64,000 nucleotides of DNA, taken from positions 1,045 through 65,044 of the IMG/VR virus record IMGVR_UViG_3300003691_000004. One strand, given 5' to 3'. Origin of the DNA: a virus. Lineage: Duplodnaviria > Caudoviricetes. This document shows positions 27,055-37,417 of the stretch, in pieces. The translations under genes were made by a program, and so were the position numbers. A model generated the notes under the pieces. That model worked only from the letters and a program-made list of their open reading frames with translations, was not told the DNA's origin and ran no database searches. Position 1 is the stretch's first letter. Every line of letters begins with the position of its first letter.

Positions 27055-28311
27055 ATGTATTACCGCCAAGCTTTCGCCACTAGGTTGAATTCGGAAGGCA
27101 CTGGACCTCAAACGATCCAAGTGGATAACGGTGCAGGGCAAAGGCTTGGATTCGCCCCATCAGCTATGATTATCACTGTAACTGAACAAGCTACAGACAC
27201 AGGTGGTTCCAACTGCCTAAATCACAGCACAGGTGTAACTGACGGTACGCTTAGTAGGGTGATTAGCCATCGCAGTGAAAATGGAATAACCACAGTAACG
27301 AATGCGGCGCTATATACAGATGATGGATTCGTTGTTTACGTAAAAACCAATGGTACAAATGTAACAGGATCATCTGGCGATGCTACATTGACATCCTTCA
27401 ATGCAACAGACTCAGTCACTATAAACTGGGGAACAACTGTAGCTTTAGATTGCCGTATAAAAGTTGAATTTTTCTACCTTGAAGCTGGCGAAGAAGTTTC
27501 AGCAGATTTCAATCTTTACACAGCTACAGTATTCACAACAGGGTTTAGGCCTAGCTTCACTCTCCACTGGGAATGCTATGCAGGATCTCCGACCTCTGCA
27601 TCTAATCGTCCAGATACGAAAATGAACGTAGGGATGTCAGCAGAGGATGAGTTCTCTACGATAGACCAATTCTCTCATAAATTGTTCTCAAACGATGGGG
27701 ATTCAACATCTAATGTTAGAGAATGCTTAACAACTTCTGATATCCAGTGTGGGGAGGCTTACAACCAAAGGCGCAACGTAACCTACCAAGCAGATGATAC
27801 AGGTTACACACTAAATCAAGTTGCAGGTGGTGTGATATCGTCTATGACTCTAGCAGTGAAATGCACAAACAAAGTTAAGCTTGTACGGGGATCATACAAC
27901 ACAGCGAACCAGACGATAACAGGTGCTGGGTTCACACCAGGCGCTGTCATCATGAATATGTCTACAACAACAACGACAAATGCAGGTGTCTTGTCAGGTG
28001 GAGGGTCAATAACAAGGGGTTGTTACGATGGCTACGAGAGTATCTTAGATTACGCATTTGAGAGTGACAGCGTAGCAACAACAGTAACAGATGCATTCAT
28101 AAACACAGGGAAGCTGTTCCGTGCTGAAGAACCAAGTGGGACGAAGTGGGCTGGTGGTTTCAATGCGTTCACTGCCGACGGGATGACAACCACAACAACA
28201 ACCACAGCAGCAAAGGGTTCAGGTTACATAGCGTTGTTCATTGAAGAGCTAGCAGCCCCCGCTGGGATCTCGATACCCGTAGTTTACCACCACAGACAAA
28301 GGAACGTATAA
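27055..28311 (+). CDS. Thr/Gly-rich virion protein
   Basis: Three GF.P repeats (LGFAPS, TGFRPS, AGFTPG), beta-rich. Confidence 0.7.
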   Translation: MYYRQAFATRLNSEGTGPQTIQVDNGAGQRLGFAPSAMIITVTEQATDTGGSNCLNHSTGVTDGTLSRVISHRSENGITTVTNAALYTDDGFVVYVKTNGTNVTGSSGDATLTSFNATDSVTINWGTTVALDCRIKVEFFYLEAGEEVSADFNLYTATVFTTGFRPSFTLHWECYAGSPTSASNRPDTKMNVGMSAEDEFSTIDQFSHKLFSNDGDSTSNVRECLTTSDIQCGEAYNQRRNVTYQADDTGYTLNQVAGGVISSMTLAVKCTNKVKLVRGSYNTANQTITGAGFTPGAVIMNMSTTTTTNAGVLSGGGSITRGCYDGYESILDYAFESDSVATTVTDAFINTGKLFRAEEPSGTKWAGGFNAFTADGMTTTTTTTAAKGSGYIALFIEELAAPAGISIPVVYHHRQRNV

Positions 28312-30977
28312 TGTCTCAAATCATAAGATTTGACTCTACGCAAGAGATAACGATAGGGCCAGTCGTAGACTCAACTGATGGCAACACCCCATACACGACA
28401 AATGACATCCTATACACAGAAGTCATGGTCAATGTAAGTGGTGTTACGTTCGCAGCGAAGATCGATACAGTCGACCCTGTACATTTAGGCGGTGGTTTCT
28501 TCAGGGTTCGGTTGGGCACAGCTGACACGTTTATTGGTCAGATGCAAGTGTATATACATAAAGCCAACACCCTGTGCGCCGTCAGCAGATTCCAATGCAT
28601 AACCAACGATGCTTACACTGCTCAGTACACAACTACGTCTGTTGGGTACGCGGGAGAGAGGGAGCTATACGACGCAATAAACTACTTGAGTGAGTTTGCG
28701 GGCGCTACGTCCACTAGGTATGTCCCGGCCACGGTTGCCGTTGGCGTGGGGTCAGGAGTGAACACAGGGTCGCTTGCAGATATACATGTATTAGACGGGA
28801 ACTTCATGGAGGTGTTCTCTCTCACAACGAGTGAGTCGTCTATAACAATAGATTTCCAGTCTGGAAATGAGGTGCCGACAGCCGTAGTACTGTCTTCTAT
28901 TTGGTCCGGCCCACAAGACGTGCACCTACCTATACAAGGTTGGGATTGGGATCTTAATGCAGGCGTTGGCGACTGGGTGAATATTGGGGAGATATCAGTG
29001 TCTAGGTCAACGGGCTTAGCTACAGAACCAGTAAAACCAGCGACTAGGCAGATACTGATAACGCCAGGTATGGGCAATGGGGTAGCAGGTAACGCCGGGG
29101 TCGTTAGGATTAGGTGTTACGCAGCAGAAGGTCAGTCTTACGACTTCAAGCTACACAGGGCACTGCTATCGGTGGAACATGACTGGTCGTTATTAGCGAC
29201 CAGTATAGAGGCTGGCGATATCCAAGGACGCCTACCTGCTACGCTGTCTGCAAACAGCTTAATGCGAAGCGACGTTCAAGAAATCTCAGAGGACGCAGTG
29301 GCTGCGGACAACTTAGAGGCTATGTACGACGGGACCGGGTACACAACATCCGACACGGCTCCAGCTAGTAGGTCACAAGTAGACAGCATTGGCGCTTCCT
29401 CCGGAGGCTCGGTTAACATTGAAGCCACGGAAGACAATACTGCTGGTTCTATTACTCCATTAGCCACAGTTAAAGCTTGGGCCACCGCTACTGGAACCCT
29501 TGTCAATACTGAGTCTGAAGATGGAGTAACCCACGACTTCACTAAGGCTGGCTTTGACATTGACCACGTCTACGGTTACAGCATTGGGGGCGCAAGGACA
29601 TCCACCGCTGTTTCTATATTGGTATCCGTCGGAGCCAAGAACGACACGGTGAAGGTGAAAGCGTTCAACCATCCGGGTAACTCCTGGGATACGATTGGTA
29701 CGATTGTTGGTGGCGGCGCTACTGTTTACCAAAACCTTGAGTTCGCGCTACTTGGCAAACACACTGGTTCTGGAACGGAAATTGGCAAGACGTACATTCG
29801 CTTCGACTCTGAGGCCACAGACACAAATACAATTAGCATTGATAAGTGCTTAATATCCGCTGTCAACATTGGTCAATCAGTGGGGTACGCGCTAGGTCGT
29901 GTTTGGATTGATACGAACAGTACGGTTACTGAAACGGAAGCGTTCGTTAATGGAGTTGCTGATAATCCATGCGACACCATTGGCCATGCTATAACAGTGG
30001 CTGACAATGTTGGGTTGAAGGAGTTGAACGTATCACCAGACTCGACAATTACACTTGTTGCGAATTTGCAGAATAAGAACGTCTACGGTGTTGGTTACAC
30101 ATTGGCTTTTGGTGGGCAAGATTGTTCAGGAACGCACTTCTACCATGCGAAATGCTCAGGCACTGTACTTAGCACAGCTGGTGACCACGTAGACATCCTC
30201 GACAGCATTGTCGGGAACGTGACTGTCAACGATTCACATTTCACGAACTGTACATTTACAGGCACAGTAACACTCGACGCGGTGGCTGGTGACGTGAAGG
30301 TCGTAAATAGTAGGTCAGGTATCGCAGGTGGATCGACACCTATATTTGACTTCGGGGTAAGCGTAGCCACTAACCACAATGCAACTTTTGCTAACTGGCA
30401 AAATGGAATAGAGATTCGCAACTTCAACGCAACCACTGGTGGTGGAACAGACCTACTCTCCCTGTCGGGAACAGGTCAAATTATAATTGACTCCACTTGC
30501 GACGGCGGAACTATCCACCTGCGCGGGCAGTGGAGAGTGACGAACAACAGTGGCGACGTAGGGAACCCGGTAACGGTCATTTACGACGACGTCCACTCAG
30601 ACGTTATCACAATCATGGAGGACACGAGCACCACGATCCCAGGACTACTACCACTTTCATTAGTCGGTGGTCGTATGGACTCGAACGTGAGTGCGATCAA
30701 CAATGACAATGCGTCCGCGATCGCATTAGCGTTATCAACTGGCCAAATCGTTGTGGGAGTGGTAGCAGCAGGAACCCACTCGGCGACAGTGTTCGGAACA
30801 GACCTCACCCAGGCGGTGCCAGACCACTTCAACGGGAGGATCGTGATTTTCACCTCAGGGACACTAGAGGGCCAAGCGACAGATATCACAGACTACGCAG
30901 CTGGGGCGACTGGTGAAATAACAGTAACCGCCCTAACATCTGCTCCACTGGCTGGTGTTGCGTTTGTGATTGTGTAA
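28311..30977 (+). CDS. large virion fibre/decoration protein with beta-helix-like region
   Basis: 888 aa; IGP.VD..DG.T N-terminus, AADNLE..YDG, FNGR.V.FTSG...GQ...ITDY C-terminus. Confidence 0.75.
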   Translation: MSQIIRFDSTQEITIGPVVDSTDGNTPYTTNDILYTEVMVNVSGVTFAAKIDTVDPVHLGGGFFRVRLGTADTFIGQMQVYIHKANTLCAVSRFQCITNDAYTAQYTTTSVGYAGERELYDAINYLSEFAGATSTRYVPATVAVGVGSGVNTGSLADIHVLDGNFMEVFSLTTSESSITIDFQSGNEVPTAVVLSSIWSGPQDVHLPIQGWDWDLNAGVGDWVNIGEISVSRSTGLATEPVKPATRQILITPGMGNGVAGNAGVVRIRCYAAEGQSYDFKLHRALLSVEHDWSLLATSIEAGDIQGRLPATLSANSLMRSDVQEISEDAVAADNLEAMYDGTGYTTSDTAPASRSQVDSIGASSGGSVNIEATEDNTAGSITPLATVKAWATATGTLVNTESEDGVTHDFTKAGFDIDHVYGYSIGGARTSTAVSILVSVGAKNDTVKVKAFNHPGNSWDTIGTIVGGGATVYQNLEFALLGKHTGSGTEIGKTYIRFDSEATDTNTISIDKCLISAVNIGQSVGYALGRVWIDTNSTVTETEAFVNGVADNPCDTIGHAITVADNVGLKELNVSPDSTITLVANLQNKNVYGVGYTLAFGGQDCSGTHFYHAKCSGTVLSTAGDHVDILDSIVGNVTVNDSHFTNCTFTGTVTLDAVAGDVKVVNSRSGIAGGSTPIFDFGVSVATNHNATFANWQNGIEIRNFNATTGGGTDLLSLSGTGQIIIDSTCDGGTIHLRGQWRVTNNSGDVGNPVTVIYDDVHSDVITIMEDTSTTIPGLLPLSLVGGRMDSNVSAINNDNASAIALALSTGQIVVGVVAAGTHSATVFGTDLTQAVPDHFNGRIVIFTSGTLEGQATDITDYAAGATGEITVTALTSAPLAGVAFVIV

Positions 30978-30980
30978 CCC

Positions 30981-32093
30981 ATGGCTCAAATTACGTCACT
31001 CTCACCACTAGGATCACCGGGACGTAAGTACACCTTCGTCGCAAAGGGCGTAGCTGTAGGCATACCGTACAACCGCGTGTTTAACGAGTCGGTTAACGCG
31101 ACTGAGTCCCATGCGTTCCTACGGGCGATCGATTTCTCAGAATCATTTAACGCAACCGAAAGCCACAGGCTTTTGCGGGAGATCGACTTCTCGGAATCGG
31201 TTAACGCAACCGAGGGTCTACAGCTATCGAGGGCAGTAGAGTTCACCGAAAACTTGAACTCTACTGAAAACCTTCTAGCTGACCGTGTAATCCTCAGGTC
31301 TTTCTCGGAGTCAGTCTCGATATCTGAGTCTTCGGCTTACGACCGGGCGATATTCATATCGTTCCTGGAGTCGTTGTTGGCTGGGGAATCATCTGTAACC
31401 TCGTCCTCTTCTGGGAACGACGTGGTGCTCTCGTTCTTAGAGTCGCTATCGGCGAACGAATCAATAACCGTCGACTCTGGATTCGTGAGGTCTTTCTCTG
31501 AGACTTTGGCTGCAACTGAGTCATCGTCTACTGCGAGTGAGATCGTTAGATCCTTCTCAGAGACATTGCAGGCGAATGAGTCTGTATTCCGAGAAAAAGG
31601 GCTCATATTCAACGAGGCACTCAATGTATCTGAGTCGCTATCAAAAGACGTTGGAGTCCAATTTGACGAGTCAGTTACCGTTGGCGAGGGCGTCCTCTTT
31701 GATAGAGTTGTAAATTTAACATTCACAGCAACGGTCAACGCAACAGAGTCGGCGAACATTGGTGGAGTCTCCGCTGACAACCTGACCATAAATGAGACGA
31801 TCGGCGCGTCTCAATCGATATCTATATCGAGAGAAGTTGTGTTCAACGAGAGCGTTGGGATCTCAGAGGCTATCTACAAAGACATGGCGATTGAGCTTTC
31901 GGAGGCAGTCAGCGCAGTAGAGTCTCAACTGAGAACTCCGTTAGTATTCACAACGATAGTTCAAGTCTCAGAAAGTACAGCTATCATAGCTGTCACGCAG
32001 GATCAGATTCCATTACAGATCAAGGGGCGCAGCGCCTCAATGCAGGTTTCGGGGCGAAGCGCTTCGATCAGTTTGATTGGTAGGAGCGCATGA
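30981..32093 (+). CDS. Ser/Glu-rich repetitive virion protein
   Basis: About 15 copies of F.ES...(A)TES at 18-24 aa spacing. Confidence 0.75.
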   Translation: MAQITSLSPLGSPGRKYTFVAKGVAVGIPYNRVFNESVNATESHAFLRAIDFSESFNATESHRLLREIDFSESVNATEGLQLSRAVEFTENLNSTENLLADRVILRSFSESVSISESSAYDRAIFISFLESLLAGESSVTSSSSGNDVVLSFLESLSANESITVDSGFVRSFSETLAATESSSTASEIVRSFSETLQANESVFREKGLIFNEALNVSESLSKDVGVQFDESVTVGEGVLFDRVVNLTFTATVNATESANIGGVSADNLTINETIGASQSISISREVVFNESVGISEAIYKDMAIELSEAVSAVESQLRTPLVFTTIVQVSESTAIIAVTQDQIPLQIKGRSASMQVSGRSASISLIGRSA

Positions 32094-32434
32094 GTCGCCC
32101 AGACGCAATAATCGAAGACAGTCAACAGATAGCAGTCGGCACAAGCATGTTGCTCGCAGTGGATTTCCGGGAGATCGACGGGCAGTCGTTCACGATCTCG
32201 TCTGCTACTGTGACGATCCATGACGCTAACAAAGCAGAGGTTGACCCAAACCTAACAAACCTTGCAGCTGGCGTGACGACGGGTGATTTCTCTGGCGAGG
32301 TTAGAGTTCAGAGAATCTTAGCGGCTGCGGATATGAATATTGCCGTAGGTATCTACTCGGCGTTGTGGTCTCTTGTCTTCTTGGACGGTCAAACTAGACT
32401 TGTAAGGCAAGCCTTAGAGATGAGAGCGGTATGA
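32090..32434 (+). CDS. virion protein (Ig-like, fibre adaptor-like)
   Basis: VDF..I.G.S.TISSAT; position before neck genes. Confidence 0.6.
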   Translation: MSRPDAIIEDSQQIAVGTSMLLAVDFREIDGQSFTISSATVTIHDANKAEVDPNLTNLAAGVTTGDFSGEVRVQRILAAADMNIAVGIYSALWSLVFLDGQTRLVRQALEMRAV

Positions 32435-32862
32435 GTGACCACGAGGGAGTTCTATTGGGCACACTAGGGTCGTCGGACTTTAGGGGCTTTACGGCTTACG
32501 AGCCTTTGACGCCTGAGGAATTTCGATCGCTTAGCGAAGCTGACATAGTAAAAAACATGCCAGACGCCAAAATGACTAGGCTTTGGTTGGTTCCAATCCA
32601 GCGCATGTTGCAGCAGTCGTTCCAGATCGACCAACGTAGCTACAGCACGGGCACAGTACCGACACTGGCGGAGTTGGACGAAGACTTCAAAGTAGCAACG
32701 GTCATTTGCATTGATAAATTCTCACTTAATGAGTCTGAGCTGTCTGGTAACGAGTCCGTCTCTGGATCAGGTTCAATGACTTGGGACAATAAGGTTCCGC
32801 CTAGGGCTGAGCAGCTTCTTGCTCGGTACAAAAACAGGGGCGGAAGAATAGGCAGGGCTTAG
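32431..32862 (+). CDS. head-tail connector/adaptor
   Basis: K.A..I, SG.GS..W, VPP.A..LL..Y C-terminus of gp6/gp15-like adaptors. Confidence 0.6.
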   Translation: MSDHEGVLLGTLGSSDFRGFTAYEPLTPEEFRSLSEADIVKNMPDAKMTRLWLVPIQRMLQQSFQIDQRSYSTGTVPTLAELDEDFKVATVICIDKFSLNESELSGNESVSGSGSMTWDNKVPPRAEQLLARYKNRGGRIGRA

Positions 32863-34017
32863 TTGGCTGGTCCAAGAAAAGACACATCTATCAGCAAGCG
32901 AGAACGAGAGCGGCTCGTGAAGTTCTACAAAGAGGCTATGGAGAGTATAGCTGAGTCTATTGTGCTCAACGTACTAGACTCCGATCGCCCTCGATTCGTA
33001 GCCTTACTACAGGAGACGGAGGCGACCCTCTTTTTACTGGACAAGAAAGCTGCGAAGTGGGCGAGGCGGAACATCACAAAGCTCTACCGTGGAAACCTCA
33101 AATTCGTCGACCGTAAGATCAAGGTTGACGGCAAGAAGTTAAATCGAGTGGGCTCAGCTTCAGCGAACGCAGGCGTGCATGACGCTATAATTCGAGATCT
33201 AATTTTAAATCCTGAAAATGGTCTAGGACCCAGGCTCAAAGCTGCTAGTGACGGCGTCAGGAAATCAATAAAAGGTTACGTGAAAAGCCATAGAGCTTTA
33301 CTTCGGCAGATAGAGACAACAAATAGATCGCTAGCGTCGAGCATACTCAAGGGTGAGACCGCGCCAGTGACCGCAGACGCCGTCCTTTCAGCTTTCTCTG
33401 GTGAGAGTAGCTCTACGTTCATGGGGCTGCCAACGACCCGCGTGACAAACCTGGCGAAGGGGTTGATCGACGCACCGTTTGTGACCTACGCTAATGGCAA
33501 AAAGGTTTCGCTCGATCACTACGTCCGAATGCTTAGTGTGACAAAGGAGTCTGAAGTTAGAACTCGTTCGAGAAACGCAAGGCTACAGGAGCGTGGGTTA
33601 GACCTCGTACAGGTCACTCCAAACCCACCGATCACGCCGGACGCTTGCTCGCTATACGCTGGGAGAGTATTCGCTTTGACCCGTGAAGCTTCTGCGAGAA
33701 CTGGCTATCCGATGCTGTCACAGACCCCGAATGGGGGGCCTCCATTCCACCCATTTTGCACACACTCAACGCTGCCATGGATAGAAGAGTTGCAAACTAA
33801 AAGTGAGGTAGACGACGCTGAGGGTAGCAATATCAAAGGGTTAAGTACGACGAAGGGGGTTCCTAATGCGATCCTCGACGTAGATTTCAAACAAGCGAAC
33901 GCCTACTTCAAGAAAAAGGGTGGAATGAAGTTCGCCGCCAAGCAAAATCCGCAACTGAAGAAGGCGCAAGTTTCTTCAGTCGCAAATAAAGAAGTCAGGG
34001 ACGCTCTGGAGCCCTAA
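32863..34017 (+). CDS. minor capsid/head morphogenesis protein (MuF/minor capsid 2-like)
   Basis: SLDHYVRM, DLVQV, C..Y.GRVF.L, PPFHPFCTHS. Confidence 0.8.
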   Translation: MAGPRKDTSISKRERERLVKFYKEAMESIAESIVLNVLDSDRPRFVALLQETEATLFLLDKKAAKWARRNITKLYRGNLKFVDRKIKVDGKKLNRVGSASANAGVHDAIIRDLILNPENGLGPRLKAASDGVRKSIKGYVKSHRALLRQIETTNRSLASSILKGETAPVTADAVLSAFSGESSSTFMGLPTTRVTNLAKGLIDAPFVTYANGKKVSLDHYVRMLSVTKESEVRTRSRNARLQERGLDLVQVTPNPPITPDACSLYAGRVFALTREASARTGYPMLSQTPNGGPPFHPFCTHSTLPWIEELQTKSEVDDAEGSNIKGLSTTKGVPNAILDVDFKQANAYFKKKGGMKFAAKQNPQLKKAQVSSVANKEVRDALEP

Positions 34018-34517
34018 CCGCCCTCTGCTTCAATGGAGTCAGCCATAGACTGGATGGCCGCTGGTTTTAGGGTGACTCTTGAAGAGTTCGTTTCAGGGCC
34101 ATCCATGCCGAGCGCTACGATCTCTTCGAAGAACCTGCGGGCGCGAAACTCGCTCCCCAACAAAACAGACATCACGTATTTAGTAACCCCCTTATCCCTG
34201 GAAAGCCTCGATAACACAGCCTCCCTCTCCGCCACGGTCATATCACCTAGGTTCCAATCCTCCTGAGCTTTGTCCCCCTTGGGCGCGATATTTCGAGAGA
34301 TCCTGACCCGCGCAGCGTGCACGCTTTTCTTGGACTGTTTTATTAGGTCAGCGTCACCGCACAAGTCCGCCAGCGGGCAACGGTCACAAATCTTTTGATA
34401 ATCAACTCCGTTCTTAGCCATCGTCCGTTTGATTTTATTTAATTCACAGACGGGATCTCGTCTGCCTAAGAGTTTGCAAAACAACGTCTTAACACCAAGT
34501 TCCTTAGCGGATATCAA
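34014..34517 (-). CDS. hypothetical Cys-motif protein on opposite strand
   Basis: C...C...CDRCPLADLC; isolated convergent gene with non-coding upstream region. Confidence 0.55.
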   Translation of the reverse strand: MISAKELGVKTLFCKLLGRRDPVCELNKIKRTMAKNGVDYQKICDRCPLADLCGDADLIKQSKKSVHAARVRISRNIAPKGDKAQEDWNLGDMTVAEREAVLSRLSRDKGVTKYVMSVLLGSEFRARRFFEEIVALGMDGPETNSSRVTLKPAAIQSMADSIEAEGG

Positions 34518-34696
34518 ATCTCACCAGTCTTTGCGATTAGGGTTTAGCGCCACCCAAACCTAGCCGAATAGGTATCTTATGGGTTTTGCGCACATTTTTA
34601 GTGGTAGTACATACACTAACACGGATAAAAAGCAGCAGAGCGTATTTCTCTTGAAGTTTCTGCAAGATACAATCTAGGTTAGAGATAGGAGACGCC

Positions 34697-35026
34697 ATGC
34701 GAACCAACAGGGTCGTAAACATAAAGAGGCAAGCCGCGAGGTCTGGACTTGAGGCTGGTCGGTCGTTGCAGATGTACAAGCCTGCGGTCAGAGCGTGGAT
34801 ACACATCTCCGCTGGGGTTTTAGAGACAAATCTAGGGGAGCAGTTAGACACCAATGGCACAATAAAAATGCCAGGAAACGTCCTGAGGTCAGGTGACGTG
34901 ATCGAGGTGATCCCTGAGGTGAATAATAAGTACCGAGTTGAAGGCGTTGAGCAGATCCTCTCCCCAGCTGGGCGAGTTGTCGCTATGCGAGGAGTCCTAA
35001 TCAGAGACTCTAGTTTGGAGGGTTAG
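34697..35026 (+). CDS. head closure/stopper protein
   Basis: AGGAG RBS; GD.I...Y.V..V pattern; neck position. Confidence 0.55.
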   Translation: MRTNRVVNIKRQAARSGLEAGRSLQMYKPAVRAWIHISAGVLETNLGEQLDTNGTIKMPGNVLRSGDVIEVIPEVNNKYRVEGVEQILSPAGRVVAMRGVLIRDSSLEG

Positions 35027-35028
35027 TC

Positions 35029-35649
35029 ATGGCTAAGGGTCCATTGAAGTCAGCTGGGTTCAAGGTTTCCACAAAGAACCTCGATGCCAAAATAAAGGAA
35101 CTTCAAAAGCGGTTTGGAAAAAAGAAAACCAGGCAGGTTCTAGAGATATTGGCGGAGCGCGTCTTAGCTAGATCGAAGAAGCGAGCGCCGTTAATGTTTG
35201 GGGGCCTCCGCGACGCCGAGTACATCAAGAAAGCCAAGAGGGGTGGTGTTAGGTTTGGGTTCAACAAGAAGTATGCATCGGTTATGGACCTTGGATTCAA
35301 GAAGTCCGTAATCAGGCCGATCAGGGGTCAGTTCCTTAAGATCCCTATCTCGGATCGCGCGAAGCGTGGTTTAGTTAAATCTAAAAAAAGAAGTATATTC
35401 AGCCGTCTGTCGAGGAAACCAAAAGGTATACCTAGCGGCAAGGGTCGTGGGGCGCGTACAATAAAGGGCAGGCAGAACCCTGATTTCATCTACGTGAAGC
35501 AAGTGCGCACGCCAAAAGCTGTTAAGTTTCAAAAATCAGGTCCAAATATGTTCTTTTCTGGTACTCTGAAAGGGCAAGCAAGAAATGGTACTCTGTTAAA
35601 GTCACTAGCGAAGATAGCAGAAGCTAGGCTTTTCAAAGGCAAGAAATGA
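35029..35649 (+). CDS. tail completion/neck protein (HK97 gp10-like)
   Basis: Basic; AP...G.LR, YA...D.G, IRP..G..L.IP. Confidence 0.65.
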   Translation: MAKGPLKSAGFKVSTKNLDAKIKELQKRFGKKKTRQVLEILAERVLARSKKRAPLMFGGLRDAEYIKKAKRGGVRFGFNKKYASVMDLGFKKSVIRPIRGQFLKIPISDRAKRGLVKSKKRSIFSRLSRKPKGIPSGKGRGARTIKGRQNPDFIYVKQVRTPKAVKFQKSGPNMFFSGTLKGQARNGTLLKSLAKIAEARLFKGKK

Positions 35650-36071
35650 CAAGTACAACAGGATTCATATCTGCTTTGGCGAACCACCTCGCAAGTTTGC
35701 CAGAACTCAGCCTAACGGTGGGGACTAACCTCTTCGCCGAGAGTTTGCTAGATGATCCTGCTGTAGGTGAAGGATCTGTAATCCTTTACGACCGAGGGTC
35801 GGAGTTGTTGCCTAACTACTACCACCCTCAAATGTTCTGGACTATCAGTATTTCTATGGTTGGGAAAACGAGACTTACAGTAATGGAGTCCGTTCGATCA
35901 ATCATGGATACGGTGGTCGGCACGAAGTTTCGTTCAGAGTCAGACTCAAACGAGAGCTTCAAAATTTTAGCTGTGACTCCGGTTGAACCCGGCGTTTCAC
36001 TAATCGAAAAACTGGACTCAGGCCGCTTCCTCGCTGAGGCTCTAATCCAGGTCCACGTCATACCCACTTAG
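35646..36071 (+). CDS. tail terminator
   Basis: LA.HL....L.VGTNLF; directly before tail tube. Confidence 0.6.
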   Translation: MTSTTGFISALANHLASLPELSLTVGTNLFAESLLDDPAVGEGSVILYDRGSELLPNYYHPQMFWTISISMVGKTRLTVMESVRSIMDTVVGTKFRSESDSNESFKILAVTPVEPGVSLIEKLDSGRFLAEALIQVHVIPT

Positions 36072-36084
36072 AAAGGACTGACTA

Positions 36085-36846
36085 ATGGTCGGTTACTTAG
36101 GCGGGAATGTCGACAGGAACGTAGAGATCGCTGGAGGCATTCGGATCTTCTTCCGAAAGTCTGGCACTGCAAATTTCGAGAACTTCGGTGACGTTTCCGA
36201 TGTTTCCTCGAACCCTCTCGTTGAATATGTCGACTTCCTGAGTGCACAAGATGGAACAGAGGCTTTAGCCAAGAAGCTGACCAAGACAAAAGGTCTAGCT
36301 ATTGAGATTACAGCCAACGAGGTCACCCCAACGACCCTTCAGTACGCTTACGGGGCTAGCGCTCCAGTGAGTGGATCGATCAATGCGCCCGCCTCAGATA
36401 CTCCAAAGAGGGTTGGTACTACAGGTGGAACCTACACACTAAAGGATGCCACGATCGTAGCCGCCATCTCCGTCCGCAGTGAAGACGGCGCGACTGTTTT
36501 CACAGAAGGAACGCACTACTCCATAGCCGGGAACGTCCTGACTGACCTGGAGAGCACAGGCGGGTCAATGGGTGCCGCTACTGGAGACAAAATTCACGTG
36601 CTGTACGACGTCGCTTACGGCGCTGCGCAGGTAATGGAGATCTTGGACGACGACAACATCGAGGGTGCTATGCAGTTCCAAATCATCAATCAAGATGGTG
36701 GAATGACACAGATCCTTGAGATTGACTCCGTCAAAGTCGAAGTCACTGACACAATCGACTTCTCAACTGACTCTAACCAATCCCTTTCCATGAAACTGAC
36801 AGCGCAGGTTGTCGGCGGACAGATCGGGCGACTCTACATCAAGTAA
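36085..36846 (+). CDS. tail tube protein
   Basis: G.I.F....F...G.V; EG.HY insertion; position before chaperone and TMP. Confidence 0.75.
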   Translation: MVGYLGGNVDRNVEIAGGIRIFFRKSGTANFENFGDVSDVSSNPLVEYVDFLSAQDGTEALAKKLTKTKGLAIEITANEVTPTTLQYAYGASAPVSGSINAPASDTPKRVGTTGGTYTLKDATIVAAISVRSEDGATVFTEGTHYSIAGNVLTDLESTGGSMGAATGDKIHVLYDVAYGAAQVMEILDDDNIEGAMQFQIINQDGGMTQILEIDSVKVEVTDTIDFSTDSNQSLSMKLTAQVVGGQIGRLYIK

Positions 36847-36871
36847 GTAGCAAGACGACGAGGTACAGAAA

Positions 36872-37417
36872 ATGGCCCATGACAATGTAACGCCCGTCCG
36901 CCGTGCGTTTGGTATCGAGGCAGATATCAAGCTGGACAGCGGTCGGGAATTGCGTCTCCAGAAATGGAGCGTATCGAAGACGATAAAGCTAGGCATGACG
37001 GTTTCAAGGATCTTCGCAGAAGGTCTTTCGATCCTGAAAAGACAATCACAACTCTCATTCGACAAAGCCTGCAAAGAAGCGAAAGCTGAAGGCTACGAAG
37101 AAGGGGATGACGGTTGGCCTATTGAGTCTGAGTTGGACATCTTGAGAACGTCCGACATCGTAGCGACACTGCCCGAGCTAATCCTCAAATCAACAGAGGA
37201 TATCGCCGAGTTCATTGAGTCCTCACTAACACTCAAGGGCGGAGTCAAGCAGTTAACTAAGGAGCAAATCCTTGGTGAGTCCGAAGACGACGAGAAGAAT
37301 CTAGACCTGGACGAATTCCCAGATCTACTTCGCTTAATCATCGAGCGGAACTTGACTGCTAAAACTGTAAAAAAGTGGAAAGCTCTGTTCGCGAGCGGGG
37401 CGAGTCTACTGAGGTAG
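36872..37417 (+). CDS. tail assembly chaperone (G-like)
   Basis: Between tube and TMP; ends just after slippery site. Confidence 0.75.
   Translation: MAHDNVTPVRRAFGIEADIKLDSGRELRLQKWSVSKTIKLGMTVSRIFAEGLSILKRQSQLSFDKACKEAKAEGYEEGDDGWPIESELDILRTSDIVATLPELILKSTEDIAEFIESSLTLKGGVKQLTKEQILGESEDDEKNLDLDEFPDLLRLIIERNLTAKTVKKWKALFASGASLLR
37369..37375 (+). other. -1 programmed ribosomal frameshift site A AAA AAG
   Basis: In frame GTA AAA AAG; -1 frame opens into 37375..37821. Confidence 0.85.
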
